A stretch of DNA of 63,771 nucleotides, the filler included, from Gemmatimonadota bacterium (lineage in GTDB: Bacteria > 4572-55 > J002): NCBI GenBank assembly GCA_003697105.1. It is 6 parts of 6 records of this genome, joined end to end, with 100 filler letters (N's around TTAATTAATTAA, not from the genome) between each part and the next. Parts side by side here need not be neighbours in the genome. Positions count along the whole stretch, not along the records: positions 59,681 to 63,771 come from RFFQ01000159.1; 5 more parts are not named here. One strand, given 5' to 3'. How positions within the stretch are numbered: position 1 is the stretch's first letter; each line of letters begins with the position of its first letter. The notes beneath the pieces are model-generated. The model was not told the origin of the DNA and made no database searches. It was given only the letters and a program-made list of their open reading frames with translations. The translations under genes were made by a program, and so were the position numbers. Positions 60,158-63,771 of the stretch are shown here, one piece after another.

Positions 60158-63100
60158 ATGCCTCTCTTAAATAATCGCTATAATATCCTCAAGCACCTCG
60201 GTGATGGTGGCATGGGGGCAGTGTATCTGGTTGAAGATGTCTTTGAAGAAAACCGCAAATTTGCCCTCAAGACCATCTTGCCGCGTGGCGAACAGGCACA
60301 GGCGATCCTCAAATTATTTAAAAATGAATTTAAGGCGATGACCCAATTGCGGCACCCCAACTTGGTACGGGTGCATGACTTCGGCACCATTGTGGGTAGC
60401 GAAAAGTACTTCTTCACGATGGATTATGTCGATGGGCAGAACCTGAAGACCGCCATGAATCCGGTGGATTATGGGCACCTGTACACCTATTTGGTGCAAA
60501 TCTGCCGCGCTTTGGATTACATCCACTCCCGCGGGCTGATCCACTTTGATCTCAAGCCGGAAAATATTCTGATTCAGAACGGTGGGATGCACGGTGAACA
60601 GGTCAAAATCACGGATTTTGGTCTGGTGGGGCGGCAAGGGTTAGTAACCGCTCGCGGTACTATCTTTTATATGGCGCCGGAGATGATCCTCGGTGAAAAT
60701 GTGGATTTTCGAGCGGATTTGTATGCCCTGGGTTGCACCGTGTATGAATGTATCACCGGCAAACCGGTGTTTGATGGGACAATGGAGGACATCGCCAAAG
60801 GACACCTCGAACGGGAACCGGTTCGCCTGCAAGTCATCGACCCCAGTATCCCCCGCCAAGTGGAAAGCATTGTCCATCGCTTGCTAGAAAAAAAGCCCGA
60901 CCACCGCTATCCGTCCGCCTCGGCGGTAATTCAGGCAATCAGCCGGATTACCGGAGAAAATTATGCCCAAACCCCCATGATTATGCGGGATGATGGAACG
61001 TTAGAAAGCGCATTTATCGGACGGGGACGGGAACTGGCTCGTTTCAACACTATTCTCGATTCGCTGGAAGCTGGCAGTTCATCCCTCCCCATTTTAATGG
61101 TGGTCAACGGTGAGGCAGGTATCGGCAAAACGCGCTTGATAACGGAATTCCGTTACCGTGTACAATTGCGAAATCTAACCTTTCATCACGGAAATAGTAT
61201 CCAAAATGATGTAACCCCCTACCAACCGTGGCGAGCCATCTTGCGAACGTTTATCCATCAAGTCGGCGAACATTCCGAACGCTACATCAAACCGTACTTT
61301 AACGCGCTGGTCAAACTCCTGCCCGAACTGGCTGAAACCTATCGCTTCCCCTACAACGAACATGATACCGCCAACCTCCAACAACTGCAACTGTGGGATG
61401 CTATCGCGAATTTCATCGCGCAAATCACCCGTGAAAATGCTTGTATTATCACTATTGATAATGCCCAATGGAGTGACCGGGAATCCCTCGATTTACTGGT
61501 GCATGTCATCCGTACTCAACTGGCAGAACGTACAAAAATGATGATTACCTTCGTCACGCGCGATGCCAACCCGTTCGCCCAAGCACCGTTGGATGATGTC
61601 CATCCCGAACTGACGGCCGGACCCCACCTGCTAGAACTGTCGTTAGAACCGTTCCGCGATAGTGAAGCGATTCAAATTTTGCGCTATTGGATGCCCAATG
61701 TGGAGTTTTCCGCACCGGTTCTCACGGAAATCAACCGGAAAGCCGGAGGGAATCCTTTTTTCTTGGAAGAGGCGATCCGCTTACTGGCTAGGGCAAACAT
61801 CACCTCACTTACGGATCGGGCACAGGTAGAAACCTATTTGCAACTGCCGGAAACCGTCGATCAGGCGCTGGAACTCAACCTGAAAAAACTCCGCACGGAT
61901 GAATTGCGAACTTTGCGTGTTCTGGCCGGATTCAAACGCCCGGTATCACTCGACCTCATCCGCCGGACGACAAACCATCCCGAGGCAGAACAGCACATTC
62001 AAAGCTTGATCCGCAAATGGCTGGTGGAACGGGTGCAAGGTGTGGAAGGTTACGAATACGGAATGCGCCAACCCCAGTTGTATAACGTGGTAGAACACAT
62101 CACCGATGAAGAAGAACGGCAGGAAATCCATACCCGAATCGGCTATATTCTTGAAGACGTGCTGGCAGACCGGCTCCCAGACCACCTAGAGTGGGTCGCG
62201 AACCAATTCATCCATGGCAATAACCCCGAAAAAGGAATTTTTTACGGCAAACAGGTTATCGAAAAACTCTCGCACATCTACGCCACCGATAAGATCGTCG
62301 ATATTTGTAATTTGGTATTGAACCAGATTGAGCACAGCAACAGCCCGGAACAGTACCGCTTAGAGCAAGCCCACCTGCTGATCGAAAAAGCGCGCGCCCT
62401 GGACCAACAAGGGCAGACCGGTGCCGCTGAATCCATTTTTGCCACCCTCATCAATCGATTTGATGATGTTTTGAGTCTGGAAGAGCAGGTTCAACTCCAT
62501 ACCTGGATGGCCGGCGGGCAAGCAAAATTAGGAAAATTGGAACAGATGTACCAAACTCTGCAAACCGGTATTTCCATCGCCCGCGACACGAAAGATACCG
62601 TCCTGAAATTGTGGCTACAGCAAAAATTGGCACTCTATTATTATCAAATCGGCGATTTTGAGAAACAACACCGGATTTTAAGCAACGCGTTAGAAATGTC
62701 GCGGAAACTGGACGACCCGGGTCTGACCGCCGCCTTGCTGAGTGATTTGGGCATCAATAGTACCTGCTTGGGCAAGTTAAATGAAGCGATTCAGTACTAT
62801 TTTGACGCGGCAAAAATCCAAAAAGCCCAACACGACGAATACGCACTTGCCAGTACGTGGGGCAACATTGGGGTGACCTATGACATCTTTGGTAAATATC
62901 AAGAAGCACTGGAATACCACAAACGAAGTTTGGAAATTTACCGTACCATTGGGCATAAATCCAGTGAGGCGATGAGTCTGGCTCATATTGGTTTAATCCA
63001 TGCCCGGTGGGGACAGTTTGAAGACGCTGAATTTTACCTGAAAGAAGCATTGAATATCACCAAACGATTGGGCAATCGCCGGGAAGAAGCATCTCATTTG

Positions 63101-63598
63101 TATAATCTGGCGTGCCTTTACCATGACCAAGGGCAGTCCACGCCGGCACTCATGTATGCCGAATTTGCCCGCGAACTCTATCAAAAAGCAAAAGATCGGG
63201 ACGGCTTGGCGCATACCTACCTGCTTTATGGGGAAATCTACTATAGCCAACGAAATTGGCAAGCCGCCGAAACGTGGTTTCATAAAAGTCAGGAACTCTT
63301 TAACCACCCAGATGACCATCCCAATAGAATTCAAGTGCAAAATTATATGGGGTTATTAGCGTTACGGAAAGGAAATCAGACTGCCGGTCGGACGTTATGT
63401 GCCGAAGCGATGAAACGTGCGGAACAACTGGATTTGCCGGAATTGGAGGTCTCCTTGAAGGAGGCGACCGGGGCGTATCTGGTGGAACAGGGAGACCCGC
63501 GGGGTAAAGTGCTCCTCCAACAGGCGTATGAGGTTGCCCAGCTATCAACTTCTATTCATCGTGCCCGGAAAATCAAAGCCCTTCTGGATTCCGCCTAA
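60158..63598 (+). CDS. Hanks-type Ser/Thr kinase - STAND/AAA ATPase - TPR protein
   Basis: GDGGMGAV, ALK, HFDLKPEN, DFG, APE; FIGR..EL, GEAGIGKT, IDNAQW.D, GGNPFF; long TPR C-terminus. Confidence 0.92.
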   Translation: MPLLNNRYNILKHLGDGGMGAVYLVEDVFEENRKFALKTILPRGEQAQAILKLFKNEFKAMTQLRHPNLVRVHDFGTIVGSEKYFFTMDYVDGQNLKTAMNPVDYGHLYTYLVQICRALDYIHSRGLIHFDLKPENILIQNGGMHGEQVKITDFGLVGRQGLVTARGTIFYMAPEMILGENVDFRADLYALGCTVYECITGKPVFDGTMEDIAKGHLEREPVRLQVIDPSIPRQVESIVHRLLEKKPDHRYPSASAVIQAISRITGENYAQTPMIMRDDGTLESAFIGRGRELARFNTILDSLEAGSSSLPILMVVNGEAGIGKTRLITEFRYRVQLRNLTFHHGNSIQNDVTPYQPWRAILRTFIHQVGEHSERYIKPYFNALVKLLPELAETYRFPYNEHDTANLQQLQLWDAIANFIAQITRENACIITIDNAQWSDRESLDLLVHVIRTQLAERTKMMITFVTRDANPFAQAPLDDVHPELTAGPHLLELSLEPFRDSEAIQILRYWMPNVEFSAPVLTEINRKAGGNPFFLEEAIRLLARANITSLTDRAQVETYLQLPETVDQALELNLKKLRTDELRTLRVLAGFKRPVSLDLIRRTTNHPEAEQHIQSLIRKWLVERVQGVEGYEYGMRQPQLYNVVEHITDEEERQEIHTRIGYILEDVLADRLPDHLEWVANQFIHGNNPEKGIFYGKQVIEKLSHIYATDKIVDICNLVLNQIEHSNSPEQYRLEQAHLLIEKARALDQQGQTGAAESIFATLINRFDDVLSLEEQVQLHTWMAGGQAKLGKLEQMYQTLQTGISIARDTKDTVLKLWLQQKLALYYYQIGDFEKQHRILSNALEMSRKLDDPGLTAALLSDLGINSTCLGKLNEAIQYYFDAAKIQKAQHDEYALASTWGNIGVTYDIFGKYQEALEYHKRSLEIYRTIGHKSSEAMSLAHIGLIHARWGQFEDAEFYLKEALNITKRLGNRREEASHLYNLACLYHDQGQSTPALMYAEFARELYQKAKDRDGLAHTYLLYGEIYYSQRNWQAAETWFHKSQELFNHPDDHPNRIQVQNYMGLLALRKGNQTAGRTLCAEAMKRAEQLDLPELEVSLKEATGAYLVEQGDPRGKVLLQQAYEVAQLSTSIHRARKIKALLDSA

Positions 63599-63629
63599 AG
63601 AGTACCGCGACCGCCGCATCCGTTTTGCC

Positions 63630-63665
63630 ATGCCAGATACCACCGGGTATCTGGCATCTTTTTTT
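63630..63665 (+). terminator. Intrinsic terminator
   Basis: ATGCCAGATACC-ACCG-GGTATCTGGCAT then CTTTTTTT. Confidence 0.75.
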
Positions 63666-63673
63666 AATTTGGT

Positions 63674-63771
63674 CTGAAGTCTCCGCACAACTCCGTAATT
63701 CGCTGATAAATGCAGTTCGTTGGTTGAGCTTGCGAAGCCAACACCTTGAACGCATCGCCGGTCTCCTGCAG
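63674..63771 (+). mobile_element. End of a family B element (TIR plus subterminal sequence)
   Basis: Begins CTGAAGTCTCCGCACAAC; reverse complement of 52677-52774. Confidence 0.85.

Overview
The window is six assembled contigs (1-10301, 10402-26078, 26179-39950, 40051-52775, 52876-59580, 59681-63771) joined by artificial N-TTAATTAATTAA-N linkers, so adjacency across linkers means nothing. The genes (BamD, Lgt, PilMNOPQ, PFOR, hyp genes, cohesin/Ig surface proteins) point to a diderm, probably anaerobic bacterium. FCB-group/candidate-phylum affiliation is only my impression. Most content is envelope, signalling and housekeeping. The main highlights are: (1) A PqqD/RRE + ATP-grasp + fold-III PLP decarboxylase operon with no separate precursor peptide, where the decarboxylase itself starts with a lasso-leader-like YxxPx(hydrophobic) motif. 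(2) A plasmid-type RepA gene flanked on both sides by helically phased ~22-bp iterons and an AT-rich tract, on a contig of chromosomal metabolic genes. (3) An MCP-like + two small proteins + tandem-V4R signalling cassette. (4) An alternating cohesin/Ig-like (ASH) scaffoldin-like protein. (5) A CtpA-like protein lacking its catalytic Ser. (6) A lipoprotein gene inserted inside pilMNOPQ. (7) Three dispersed IS/MITE-like repeat families, partly nested, at contig ends. I saw no rRNA, tRNA or CRISPR array.
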